Positions 29,391-38,941 of a stretch of 64,000 nt of DNA are shown piece by piece. Source of the stretch: an uncultured Armatimonadetes bacterium (GTDB taxonomy: Bacteria > Armatimonadota > Hebobacteria > Hebobacterales > Hebobacteraceae); contig OY970296.1 of assembly GCA_963716175.1 (NCBI GenBank), positions 2,592,001-2,656,000 on the forward strand, in the 5' to 3' direction. Made by a program: the position numbers and the translations under genes. The notes beneath the pieces were generated by a model. It had not been told where the DNA came from and ran no database searches. It saw nothing but the letters and a program-made list of their open reading frames with translations. Numbering within the stretch: the first letter of the stretch is position 1; every line of letters begins with the position of its first letter.

Positions 29391-30659
29391 ATGCACCTCG
29401 AATCAGCAGTTGCGGAGCTCGAACTCAGCCACTCCTCTCATCTGCTGCAGGTCGGGTGGGACTCATCGCAGCAGTCCATGCCCGAGGGCACCGTGTTCTT
29501 CCTCAGGCCGGGCTTCGTGGCCCAGGCCTGTGAGGAGGCGGCTCTCCCGCAGCAGGTGGCCCAGGCCGCCATCGCCGCCAGCCGCCGCGTCGCCGGCAGT
29601 GCCCCCCTGTGCGCGCTGGCCTGGCATTTCCATCACTGCCTCTTCCAGGCGGCCGATTACCCACGCGATAGCATCAGCGAGTGGCCTACCCTGGAGGCGG
29701 CCTTGCAGGAGGATGGCGGACTCTTCTACCTGCTGGTGCTGCTCTCCGGGATGCCCGGACTGCAAGCCGTCAACGAAGGGCACGGGGTGCCTAGCGAGGT
29801 TGTTCGCGACACGCTCAGCGACATCAAGCGCTGGATCGGCGGAGGGGAAGAGGATGGGCCGGCGCTTCCTCCCTGGGGTCTAGCGCCGCGCGCATTGAGC
29901 TGGCTTGTCAACCACCTGAGGGGCGAGCTTTATGGCTTGGGCCGGCTGCAGTTCCAGTTCGGCTGTTCCCAGCTCCAGGTCCGGGTGTTCCGCCGGCGAG
30001 TATCGGGCACCGTGGCGGCGCTGTCTGAGGACGGGGTGTGCTACCGCGGCGATGGGAGCAGAGCACGTTCTGATGGGAGCGAGCAGGCGGACTCGTGGCA
30101 GGCCAGTCTGCGGGTGGGCGATGGCGAGGTGATGGGCTATCCGATCCTGCCCACCGGGCGCGCTCTCCCGCGGCAGGTGGCGCTGCGGACGGCGGAATGG
30201 CAGCAGGTGCTGGCCCCCGGTCAGCCGGTGCTGCACGTTCATATCCCCGCGGGCAGCCCCATGAGCCACCAGCGCTGCGGCGAATCGTTTCGCCAGGCCG
30301 CCGAGTTCTTCCCGCGCCACTTCCCGGAGCGTTCCTTCGCGGCCTTCTGCTGTGGCTCTTGGCTGCTCGATGGCCAGCTGCAAGGCTTTCTTCCGCCCAC
30401 CTCCAATATCGTGCGCTTCCAGCGCGAGGTTTATCTCGTTCCTGTCCGGCTCAGTCCGAAGTACCTGCTCTATCGCGTTTTCGGTGAAGTCCCGGAGGAC
30501 CTGACGCGGGCACCCCGGCAGACCAGCCTGCAGCGCGCGCTGCTAGATCACATGCAGGCTGGCAAGCAGCTCCGACCCTTTGGCGGAGGCTGCTTCCTCT
30601 TCGCTCAGGACCTCGACTGGGGAGCCCAGGTCTACCGCCAACAACCCTTCCCCTGGTAG
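29391..30659 (+). CDS. Acyltransferase-domain protein (DUF5596-like N-domain + GNAT-like C-domain)
   Basis: LGRLQF, LHVHIP.G, CGSWLLD, SNIVRFQ, TSLQRA. Confidence 0.8.
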   Translation: MHLESAVAELELSHSSHLLQVGWDSSQQSMPEGTVFFLRPGFVAQACEEAALPQQVAQAAIAASRRVAGSAPLCALAWHFHHCLFQAADYPRDSISEWPTLEAALQEDGGLFYLLVLLSGMPGLQAVNEGHGVPSEVVRDTLSDIKRWIGGGEEDGPALPPWGLAPRALSWLVNHLRGELYGLGRLQFQFGCSQLQVRVFRRRVSGTVAALSEDGVCYRGDGSRARSDGSEQADSWQASLRVGDGEVMGYPILPTGRALPRQVALRTAEWQQVLAPGQPVLHVHIPAGSPMSHQRCGESFRQAAEFFPRHFPERSFAAFCCGSWLLDGQLQGFLPPTSNIVRFQREVYLVPVRLSPKYLLYRVFGEVPEDLTRAPRQTSLQRALLDHMQAGKQLRPFGGGCFLFAQDLDWGAQVYRQQPFPW

Positions 30660-30736
30660 CGAGCGGGGTGCGGATAGGTGCCGCCCCTGCAACTCGCAAT
30701 GTCGCCCTTCTGTCACAAACCCGGGTACCGACGCTC

Positions 30737-30764
30737 TTGCCAGCGGCCCGCCATTCGCTACAAT
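30737..30764 (+). promoter_or_regulatory. Putative sigma70 promoter of the EPS locus
   Basis: TTGCCA-16nt-TACAAT about 330 nt upstream of the wza-like gene. Confidence 0.4.
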
Positions 30765-31091
30765 TGCTGGCGCGGCAGAGCAGCAGCGGTTCTCGCGCGG
30801 TGAGGAGAATCGGACCGCAACGAGTTGCTGCTCTGCCCGAGACGAGCGCCGCGGATAGCAGGCGCTCACAAAGGGCGGCGGGCAAGCGACGCCTGTTGCT
30901 TAGATGAAGTAGCGGTCCTCGACTGACTGCTGAGGCGACCCGGCCTATGACCGGGTCGCACGCTTTTGTAAGCCCTGACGCTGCGCGCTGCAGGCGGAGG
31001 TACGACTGCCCGAGCCGCCAGCGCAGGGACCGGATGGGGACAGGGGGTGGTGGCAGTGGGTGCAGCGAGAGGTCGGAAATGGCGGACGGCG

Positions 31092-32324
31092 ATGCGTCTC
31101 TCACTCCTCCTCATCCCGACTTGCGCCGGCCTCACCCGGGCGGGAGCGGCGACGGCCTTGCAGTCATCACCTGTGGTGCGAGAGGCCCCACTGGCCGCGG
31201 GGGATAGCTACCGCATTGCCATTGGCGACAGCCTGGCTATTGCCGTGTTCGGGGAGGAGCGCTTCAGCCAGGAGTGTCAAGTCAATGGAGCGGGCACTAT
31301 CTCCTATTCCCTTCTAGGGGATGTCAAGGCCGCGGGGCTCACCTGCGCCGAACTCGAGACTCGCCTGCGTGCAGCTCTCAAGGTCTATCTCAAGAACCCG
31401 CAGCTCGTGGTGAGCGTGAAGCAGTACGGGGCGTTGGGGATGAGTGTCTTCGTCCTGGGAGAGGTGAAGACCCCGGGGGTCTATCCGCTCGCCGCCACCT
31501 CGGGGCTGATGCAAGCGGTGGCCGCCGCCGGAGGCCCGGCCAGCGTCGCCAGTGGAGAGGTCACCATCATCAAGGCGCATTCCGGGGAGGTCCACACCGC
31601 GGGCCTGGAACAGGCGATGGCGGGAGGGCCGGAGGCGGCCCCGGCGAGACTGGATCCTGGCGATGTGATCGTGGTCAACCGGCGCCCGGCCCCGGCTGAG
31701 AGCCGCCGCTACGCGGTGCTGGGCGAAGTGCCCAGGCCGGGCATGTACGAGATGCCGGCCGAGGGCGAAGCCAGGGTGCTGGACGCCATGGAGAAGGCCG
31801 GCTTGCTGGACACCGGCAGCGGCGGCAACCCCGGCGGACGCGCGCTCAAGGAGGAAGCCCGGGGCGCGGACCTGGAGCACGCGCTCCTGACCCGGGGCCA
31901 GGTGACGGTGCCGGTTAGCCTCACCGCGCTGCTCCAGGGCGATACCTCGCAGAACCTCCTGCTGCAAGCCGGCGACGTCCTCACCGTACCGCGCCGGCCG
32001 CTGATCTCGGTCTTTGCGCTCGGCGAAGTGCGGGCCCCCGGCAGGCAGCAACTGCCGCCTGACGCTACCGCGCTTGATCTCCTGAACGCGGTCGGCGGGG
32101 TGACCGCGGCCGCCAACCTCGGCGGCGCCACCCTCCTGCGCCAGGACTCGGGAAAACCTACTCCCATCGCCCTTGACCTGGGCCGGCTGTTGCGCCAGGC
32201 CAATCCCAAGCAGAATGTGCCCTTGCAGGAGGGCGATGTGCTCTTCGTTCCCGCCAGAGGGGAAAGAGGCCAGACGGTGTGGAGCTTCCTGCCTCTGCTG
32301 CCCTATCTGGTGCGATGGCCGTAG
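31092..32324 (+). CDS. Polysaccharide export protein, Wza-like with multiple SLBB domains
   Basis: YRIAIGDSL.I.V, repeated V.GEV..PG / GD...VP units, amphipathic C-terminus. Confidence 0.88.
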   Translation: MRLSLLLIPTCAGLTRAGAATALQSSPVVREAPLAAGDSYRIAIGDSLAIAVFGEERFSQECQVNGAGTISYSLLGDVKAAGLTCAELETRLRAALKVYLKNPQLVVSVKQYGALGMSVFVLGEVKTPGVYPLAATSGLMQAVAAAGGPASVASGEVTIIKAHSGEVHTAGLEQAMAGGPEAAPARLDPGDVIVVNRRPAPAESRRYAVLGEVPRPGMYEMPAEGEARVLDAMEKAGLLDTGSGGNPGGRALKEEARGADLEHALLTRGQVTVPVSLTALLQGDTSQNLLLQAGDVLTVPRRPLISVFALGEVRAPGRQQLPPDATALDLLNAVGGVTAAANLGGATLLRQDSGKPTPIALDLGRLLRQANPKQNVPLQEGDVLFVPARGERGQTVWSFLPLLPYLVRWP

Positions 32325-32441
32325 GGCGGGCGCGCCCGTGCCCGCATGTGGGGTTTGGGCCTGCTCGCGTCGGCGAGCAGAGACTACTGCGCGGGCCCGT
32401 CCGCGGCGGGCGGGCCTCCCCGCAGCAACGAGGTGAGTGAG

Positions 32442-33452
32442 ATGGTCAGGTCTTCCCGTCTGATGGCAGTGTTGTGCGCGCTCAGCCTGCTCCTGGGGGC
32501 CCTCCCGCTGACGGCGAGCGCGGGGTCCGCCCCCCAAGGGATGACCCTGGCGGACCAGGGATGGCGGGTAATCCAGCAGCAGGGCAAGAAGCAGATCGAG
32601 GTGCGCGTCCTGGTCACCAATCAGACCAAGGCGCCCCTCCGCTACCAGGTCCGGTTCTTCATGGAGGTCCGGGAGCCGTCGAAGGCGGCGGCAGAGGCTG
32701 CCAAGGATGCGATCTGGTCTACTTTGAAGACAGTGACGGTCGAGGGTGGCCCGCTGGCGCCCGGCGCTTCCCAGGCGGTCACCGGCCTGTTCCCCTATGA
32801 GCTGCTCCAGAAGGGCCGGGCCTTCCGCTTCCGAGCGGAGCTGGTGGAGTCCGACTCCGGCGCAGTGCTCGGCGCCGCCGCCATCACCGCCAAGGCTGGT
32901 GCTCTGCTCAGCGGCGCGGGCGCGGTGGCCGCGGCGGCAGTAGCCGGCGTGGGCCTCTCCCGCCTGGCGGCAACCGGCCACGAGACGCCCAGCACTCCGG
33001 CCCCGAGCGGGTCGGGCACGATGAGCGGCCAGCATGAGTCGCAGCGGGTGAACGGCCAGTGGGTCGAGCACGGGTCCGGCACCATAGATGTCACCGGGCC
33101 CAGCGGCCGTCTGGTGTTGGAGTACAGCTACGACGCGCAGGGGGCCAGCGCCTCCGATGTCACTGCCTCCGCCACTGCCAGCGGGCAGTTGATCCCGGCC
33201 GCGGGCGAGCCCCAGGCTGTCAATATCACCTCGGCCTCGGCGCAGATCTCCCGGCCGGGGCTGCGGCAGCAGAGCGGCCAGACCGTGACCAGAGTCGGCG
33301 GCTACGCTACCGGCACCTTCTCGGGCACGGTGGGGGGAACCTCCTGGACGGGGGTGTTGACCCTGTCGGACGGCGACATGACCCTGGACCTGAGCACTGG
33401 TCAGGGCACGCACGAATTCCAGGTCCAGTTCACCGCCAGCCAGTCGGGGTAG
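32442..33452 (+). CDS. Secreted hypothetical protein, beta-rich
   Basis: Signal peptide ending ASA, central Ala/Gly hydrophobic stretch, Gly/Ser/Thr-rich beta C-domain; high-GC codon pattern. Confidence 0.7.
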   Translation: MVRSSRLMAVLCALSLLLGALPLTASAGSAPQGMTLADQGWRVIQQQGKKQIEVRVLVTNQTKAPLRYQVRFFMEVREPSKAAAEAAKDAIWSTLKTVTVEGGPLAPGASQAVTGLFPYELLQKGRAFRFRAELVESDSGAVLGAAAITAKAGALLSGAGAVAAAAVAGVGLSRLAATGHETPSTPAPSGSGTMSGQHESQRVNGQWVEHGSGTIDVTGPSGRLVLEYSYDAQGASASDVTASATASGQLIPAAGEPQAVNITSASAQISRPGLRQQSGQTVTRVGGYATGTFSGTVGGTSWTGVLTLSDGDMTLDLSTGQGTHEFQVQFTASQSG

Positions 33453-33512
33453 GTCAGGGTCGCCGGGGGTGGCAGGACCTCCTGATCCTGCCCAACATGG
33501 GGGTTAGCCAGC

Positions 33513-35754
33513 ATGTCCGAGATGAACGATGGCAGTCGGTTGCCGGCGCGGCTGGACTCATCCGAGTCGGCGTTGGTGGGGCCGGGCGGCCACGCCCTCG
33601 CCACCTTCGAGCCCGCGCCCTCGCCCATGCGCGAGTACGCCTACGTGTTCCTCCGCCGCAAGTGGATCGTGCTCTCCTGCCTGGCCGCCGTGTTCGGGCT
33701 CACGTGCCTGATCACCGCCACCAGCCCTCGCATCTACGAGGCCACCGCCTCCCTCCTGGTCAGCCAATCAACCGATAGCAAAGCGGTGTCGGCAGGCGAG
33801 ATGCCACCCATGATGGCCGCTATCGCCGCCCCGAACATCGAGACTCACGTCTCCCTCTTGCAGGGCGATCAGACCGCCCGCGAGACTGCGCAGTGGCTGA
33901 AGGAGCATGGCGGTCCGGCCTTCAGCCCAGAGAATGGTGAAGGCGGCGGTGCGCGCCAAAGCTGTGCCTCTGACTCAGTTAGTGCGAGTGAGCGGGCGCG
34001 CTCGTTCGCCGCGAGAGGCGCAGCAGATCGCCAACGCCGCCGCTCAGGCCTATGTCAGCATGAATCGCCGCCGCGCCCAGAGCTCATCCGAGAGCGCCAG
34101 CCAGTACCTGGCCGAGCAGCTGGTGGTGGCGAGGACCAACCTGACCGAGGCCGAGCGCGCCCTGCGGGCCTTCAAGGAGAAGACGGGCAGCGTCGCCCCG
34201 GATGGGGCCGCCTCGGACTTGCTGGCCCGGGTGGCCCTGCTCCGCGGGGACGCTGACAAGACCAAGGCCGACCTCGCCCAGACCCGGCAGAGGGGGAAGA
34301 AGGTGCAGTCCCAGCTCGCTCTGCAGAACCGCAGCATCGCGGTGGGCCGCATCAGGGACAACGGGGTGGTGCAGCAGCTCAGCGCCAAGCTGGTAGCGCT
34401 GCAGGGCGAGCGGCTGGCGGTCCAGGCGCGCTACACCTCCGCATTCCCCGGGCCCGTGAATCAGATTGACCAGCAGATCCGCATCACCGAGAACCAGCTC
34501 GCGTCACAGATCCGCAGCATTGTGGGCCAGGCCGGTGGTGACCTTGGGGTGCAGCAGATGCTGGCGGGCCAGCTCATCCAGGGCGAATCGGAGGTGGCCG
34601 CCCTCTCCGCCCGGTATCAGCAGCTCACCGCCGAGATGAGCCAGGCGCAGCGGCAGCTGCAGCAGGTCCCAGCCCGGCAGATTACCCTGGCCGGGCTGCA
34701 GCGACAGGTGGAGGTTGCCCAGAGTATCTACTCCGACCTGCTCAAGCGAAGCCAGGAGATCGAGGTGGGGCGGGTGATGGCTCTGGGCAACACCGATATC
34801 GCCGAGGCCGCCACCGAGCCCCACGCGCCGGTCAAGCCCAATGCTCCTCTGGATCTCGCCTTCGGGCTCTTGCTGGGCCTCGCCGCCGGGGTCGGGCTGG
34901 CCCTGTTGCGAGAGCAGCTCGACGACACGGTGCGGGATCTGGACGAGGTGGCTCGGCTGGTCGAGGCTCCGGTGCTGGGCATGGTGCCAGTGTTCGAGAG
35001 GAGAGACGGCGCGCCCACCCTGCGGGTGACCGGCTCCCCGGGCCGTGCGCTCGAGGCCTACCGCGCGCTGCGCTACAGCCTGGGCTTCGTGGTGCCAGGC
35101 ACTGGGTCGCGGGTGGTGTTGGTGACCAGCGCCGGCCCGCTGGAGGGGAAGAGCACCACCTCCATCAACCTGGCCATCGCCGCCTCCCTCAGCGGGCGGC
35201 GCGTGGTCCTGGTTGACGGGGACTTGCGCCGCCCCTCTCTCCAGCGCACGCTCCGGCTGGAGGGTCTGAGGGGTCTGACTGATGTGCTGGCGGGAGAGGC
35301 CAAGCTGGAGGACAGCATCCAGAGGCTTCCCAACGCCGATCTCCAGGTGATCACCGCGGGGACTCGCGCTCCCAACCCGACGGAGCTGCTGGATTCGGCG
35401 GCAATGCAGCGCACCATGCAGCAGCTGCGCCAGCAAGCAGATCTGATCGTCCTGGACAGCCCGCCGCTGCTGTCTGTGGCCGACAGCCTGGTGCTGGCCG
35501 GCTTCACCGACGCGGTACTCATGGTATGTGTGCCTGGGTCCTCCCATCGCCGCGCTCTGCGTCGGGCGCGGCTGCTGCTGGCGCAGACCGGGCGGTCCAT
35601 CTCCGGGGTGGTGCTCAACAAGGTAGAGTCCAAGCCCGGCTATGGCGACTACTACGGCGGCTACTACTCCTACTACCACTACTACGACGACCGCGAGCCC
35701 GAGCCCGAGGCCGCGGCGAGTGGCGGGCGCAGGCACGCCCGCCATAAAGAATAG
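33513..35754 (+). CDS. wzc: Wzc-like polysaccharide co-polymerase / BY-kinase; +1 frameshift at ~33933
   Basis: Wzz-type N-terminus, coiled coils, Walker A EGKSTT, DGDLRRP, DSPP, Tyr cluster YGDYYGGYYSYYHYY; removing one A at 33933-33934 fuses the two ORFs. Confidence 0.88.
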
Positions 35755-35882
35755 AAGCTGTTTCATAACCTTCCCAGAGGAGGTTATGAAACAGCACTGC
35801 ACAACGTCAGGCCGTGGCCGGCGCATTTCATGCGAGGGCGTGGTGCGGCCAGCCAGCAGGTAGGTTATGAAATGCGCTCTAG
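35752..35882. repeat. MITE-like element with internal and terminal inverted repeats
   Basis: Perfect 15-bp stem 35757-35771/35781-35795; 11-bp IR 35821-35831/35867-35877; ends TAGA..TTTCATAACCT / AGGTTATGAAA..TCTAG. Confidence 0.5.
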
Positions 35883-35986
35883 GCATCAGGGGGCGGGTTA
35901 GCAGGCTGGGAGCCTGTGCTGCCGGCAGACTGATCGGCAGGCAGGCGCATGCCCGACTTACAGGCGGGGATAGTTTGGGGTGAGGG

Positions 35987-37483
35987 ATGGTCGGACGGCG
36001 GTCTGTGCTGCTGCTGGTGATGGCTGACGCCTGCTGGATAGGGTCCACGCTGCTCGCGGCCTGGGCGCTGGACGGCTGGCGCCGCTCGCTACCCATGTGG
36101 CAGATGAACCCGGCTCATCTCACTCACCTGACCGGGGCGGTGGCGATCTGGCTGCTTGCGCTCTACATCTGCGGCGCCTATGAGCGCAAGTACCTGACGC
36201 TGAAGGGCCGAAACCTGAGCCTCACCCTATGCGGCAGCGCGGTGGGGACCGCCGCCACCGCGGGCAGCCTGTATCTGCTCCCTCAGTGGCACATGAGCCG
36301 GTTCGCTTTTCTCCTGCTGGGGATGGGAGCGGTGTCGGGTCTGGTTGCCATCCGCGCTATCTGGCTCGTTCACCAGCGGCGCATTCCCCTCCCCGCCTTT
36401 CTCGGGGTGGGCGACCCGGAGGTGCTGGGGGATATCTGGCTCGAGCTAACGCGTGTCACCGCGGTTCAGGGGCAGCTTCCAGTGGTCTCGCCAAACGGCC
36501 ACAGCCCCTCGGCTGCGCTCGGGGCAGGCCCGGCCCGCACGCATCCAGGTGTCTCCCTCTGTTCCGAAGAGGCCGCCCTCGCCGCGCTCGCGGCGCACCG
36601 CGGCGGGATGGTCGTGCTCAGCGATGGCACCATCCCCTCCTCGCAGGCCGCCTCCATCCTCAACCGAGCCAGCCTCTCCGGCAGCACCGTGGCAGACATT
36701 TCCACCTTCTATGAGATCTACACCGGCCGCGCGCCCATCTTCCGCACCGCCGGCGGCTGGCTCTTCCGCGCTCAGCACCATGCGCCGGACACCCTGGCCT
36801 ACTACAGCAAGCGGCTCTTCGACGTGACCGTGACTCTGCTCTTGCTGCCAGTCGCGGTCCCGGTGCTGGCGCTGGCCGCGCTGGCAATCAAGCTCACATC
36901 TCCAGGACCTGTGTTCTACCGACAGCGCCGGATCGGGAGCCGAGGGCGTGAGTTCTCCCTGGTCAAGCTGCGCTCCATGTCCGTGGACGCGGAGAGGAAC
37001 ACCGGGCCGGTGTGGGCGGGGGAGGAGGATAGCCGCATCACCCCGGTGGGCCGGGTGCTGCGCGCCACCGGCATTGATGAGCTGGCTCAGCTTTGGAATG
37101 TGCTGCGAGGTGAGATCAGCCTGGTGGGCCCCCGCCCGGAGCGACCGGAGGTGGTGCGCGGCATAGTGCAAGAGGTGGCCCCCTACCTTCAGCGCCACGT
37201 GGTGCCGGCCGGGATCACGGGGTGGGCGCAGGTTCATCGGGGGGGAGACAGCAGCCTGGAGGATGTGGTGGACAAGGTCCGGCTCGATCTCTACTACGCC
37301 CGCAACTTCTCGCTCTGGTTCGACATCGTGATCCTGCTGCGCACATTCCAGATGCTGCTGGCGCATGCCAAGCCAGCCCCTACCGCCACGGTTGGGCAGG
37401 AGCGGGCGCTCCTGCCACGGTCGGGCGCTTCCCCGCTCCCGGCCTCAGTCGGCCTTGGTTCGGGAGGCAGGTCCGATGGCTGA
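35987..37483 (+). CDS. Polyprenyl glycosylphosphotransferase (WcaJ/WbaP-like sugar transferase)
   Basis: N-terminal TM helices; KRLFD, KLRSM, RIT.VG..LR..GIDEL.QL.NVL.G..SLVGPRPE, GITGWAQV. Confidence 0.93.
   Translation: MVGRRSVLLLVMADACWIGSTLLAAWALDGWRRSLPMWQMNPAHLTHLTGAVAIWLLALYICGAYERKYLTLKGRNLSLTLCGSAVGTAATAGSLYLLPQWHMSRFAFLLLGMGAVSGLVAIRAIWLVHQRRIPLPAFLGVGDPEVLGDIWLELTRVTAVQGQLPVVSPNGHSPSAALGAGPARTHPGVSLCSEEAALAALAAHRGGMVVLSDGTIPSSQAASILNRASLSGSTVADISTFYEIYTGRAPIFRTAGGWLFRAQHHAPDTLAYYSKRLFDVTVTLLLLPVAVPVLALAALAIKLTSPGPVFYRQRRIGSRGREFSLVKLRSMSVDAERNTGPVWAGEEDSRITPVGRVLRATGIDELAQLWNVLRGEISLVGPRPERPEVVRGIVQEVAPYLQRHVVPAGITGWAQVHRGGDSSLEDVVDKVRLDLYYARNFSLWFDIVILLRTFQMLLAHAKPAPTATVGQERALLPRSGASPLPASVGLGSGGRSDG
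36507..36530 (+). repeat. 24-nt micro-insertion, in frame inside the sugar transferase
   Basis: cctcggctgcgctcggggcaggcc after CC; adds 8 codons (PSAALGAG). Confidence 0.75.
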
Positions 37484-38936
37484 AGCCCTGAAGGCGGGCC
37501 GAGGCCACGCCGCGGCCACGGCCATGCCCAGCCGGGAGGCGCGCCCCTATCCGAGTGCCAGCCTGTTCGCTGCCTGCGGGGTGCTGGCGCTCGCAGCCGG
37601 GGCGGGGCTGCTCGCCGAGACCGCCGACCCCCTTCCCTTCGGCCTCCAGCACCTCAGCGGGCCGACGCTTGCCATCTCTCTTTCCGCCCCGCTCATCTGC
37701 CTGATCTGGCCCGAGCTGGCGCTGCCAGTGATCATCATCGGCGCCGAGCTACTCGACCGTGAGTTCGGTGGGGGCCGAGTGCGACATCTGGTTTTCATGA
37801 AGCTGGCCCTGCTCATCTTCGCGGCGGTGGGAGTGCTGCTCAAGACCTGGGGGCAAGGGGGAAGGATGCCGCGCGTCAAGACTCCAGCTGACTTCCCCGC
37901 GGTGCTGCTGGCCGGGTACACTGCGCTTTCCGCTGCCTACGCCTACCTGGTGGTGGGCCGGGACCTGGATCTGGTGGCCGTTGCCGGCTACCATCTCTCC
38001 CAGTTGGCGCTTTACCACTTCCTCGTGACCACCACCCTGGGGCGGGAGCAGGCGTTCCGGCGGGCCGGGCTGATCGTGGCCGGCCGCGCCTTGCTCATGG
38101 TGGTGCCGAGCATTCTCGGCGGGGGCCGGCATGGTGGCACGGGCACCACCTGGCTGATCGTGCTGCTCTGCTACGCCTTGCTGCAGAGGACCAACTGGGG
38201 GGTTCTCGCCTGGGTCGCGTTGCCCCTGGCTATGCTCGACACTGTGACCTGCGGGTTCCGCACCCTGTGGGTCACCGTTGGTGGGCAGCTGGCCTGGCTG
38301 GCCCTGGCTGGGATCTGGCTGCGGCTGCACAGGCTGGCCGCAGTCGCGGTCTTCGTCCTGGTGGCAGGGGTGGGCGGCGTCTTCCTCGCCCTGGGTCACC
38401 CCGGCCTCCTGGCCGGCGTTCCCTCCGCGGTGACCCTGGACCGCTATCAAGGCGGAATGCTGCTCGGCGGCTACCGGGTGCCGGAGGCGGTGATCGGGAT
38501 CGAGTCTGCTCTCGAGCACCCGCTTCTTGGCCAGGGCATGGGCTACCAGACGCAGCTTCGCTGGGTGCAGACCATGGGCAATATGGCGGTCGGCCCCATC
38601 CATCATATCTACTACGTGAGCTACCTCTCCAACGAAGGCCTGGTGGGGCTGGCGCTTGTCCTGTGGTACTTCGGCGCCGTGCTCTTCTCCCGCCCCGCGA
38701 GGCAGTTGCGAAGACTGGCGGCTGTGGAACCGTGGGCGGCAGTCGCCCTCGGGCTGCAGGCTGCGTTCTTCGGGGCGATCCTGGGAGCCTTTCTGTCCGG
38801 CCCCCCGGATGGGCATTGGACCTGGGGGATGTTCGGCGCCGCCTCTCTCCTGCCCGCCACCTGGATTGCCTCGCGGCCGGCTGGTGGCGGCACCCGGCGG
38901 GAGTGGGCACGCCCGCCCTACCGCAGGGCGGTGTGA
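37476..38936 (+). CDS. O-antigen ligase/polymerase (Wzy_C) family membrane protein
   Basis: Many TM segments; HPLLGQGMG..H..Y...L...GLVGL pattern. Confidence 0.78.
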   Translation: MAEALKAGRGHAAATAMPSREARPYPSASLFAACGVLALAAGAGLLAETADPLPFGLQHLSGPTLAISLSAPLICLIWPELALPVIIIGAELLDREFGGGRVRHLVFMKLALLIFAAVGVLLKTWGQGGRMPRVKTPADFPAVLLAGYTALSAAYAYLVVGRDLDLVAVAGYHLSQLALYHFLVTTTLGREQAFRRAGLIVAGRALLMVVPSILGGGRHGGTGTTWLIVLLCYALLQRTNWGVLAWVALPLAMLDTVTCGFRTLWVTVGGQLAWLALAGIWLRLHRLAAVAVFVLVAGVGGVFLALGHPGLLAGVPSAVTLDRYQGGMLLGGYRVPEAVIGIESALEHPLLGQGMGYQTQLRWVQTMGNMAVGPIHHIYYVSYLSNEGLVGLALVLWYFGAVLFSRPARQLRRLAAVEPWAAVALGLQAAFFGAILGAFLSGPPDGHWTWGMFGAASLLPATWIASRPAGGGTRREWARPPYRRAV

Positions 38937-38941
38937 AGGCT

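Noticed and set aside
30765-31091. ops/JUMPstart element or c-di-GMP riboswitch in the long EPS leader
   Set aside because: Only a 9-bp hairpin (30935-30959) is evident; no GGCGGTAG ops or GEMM consensus recognised
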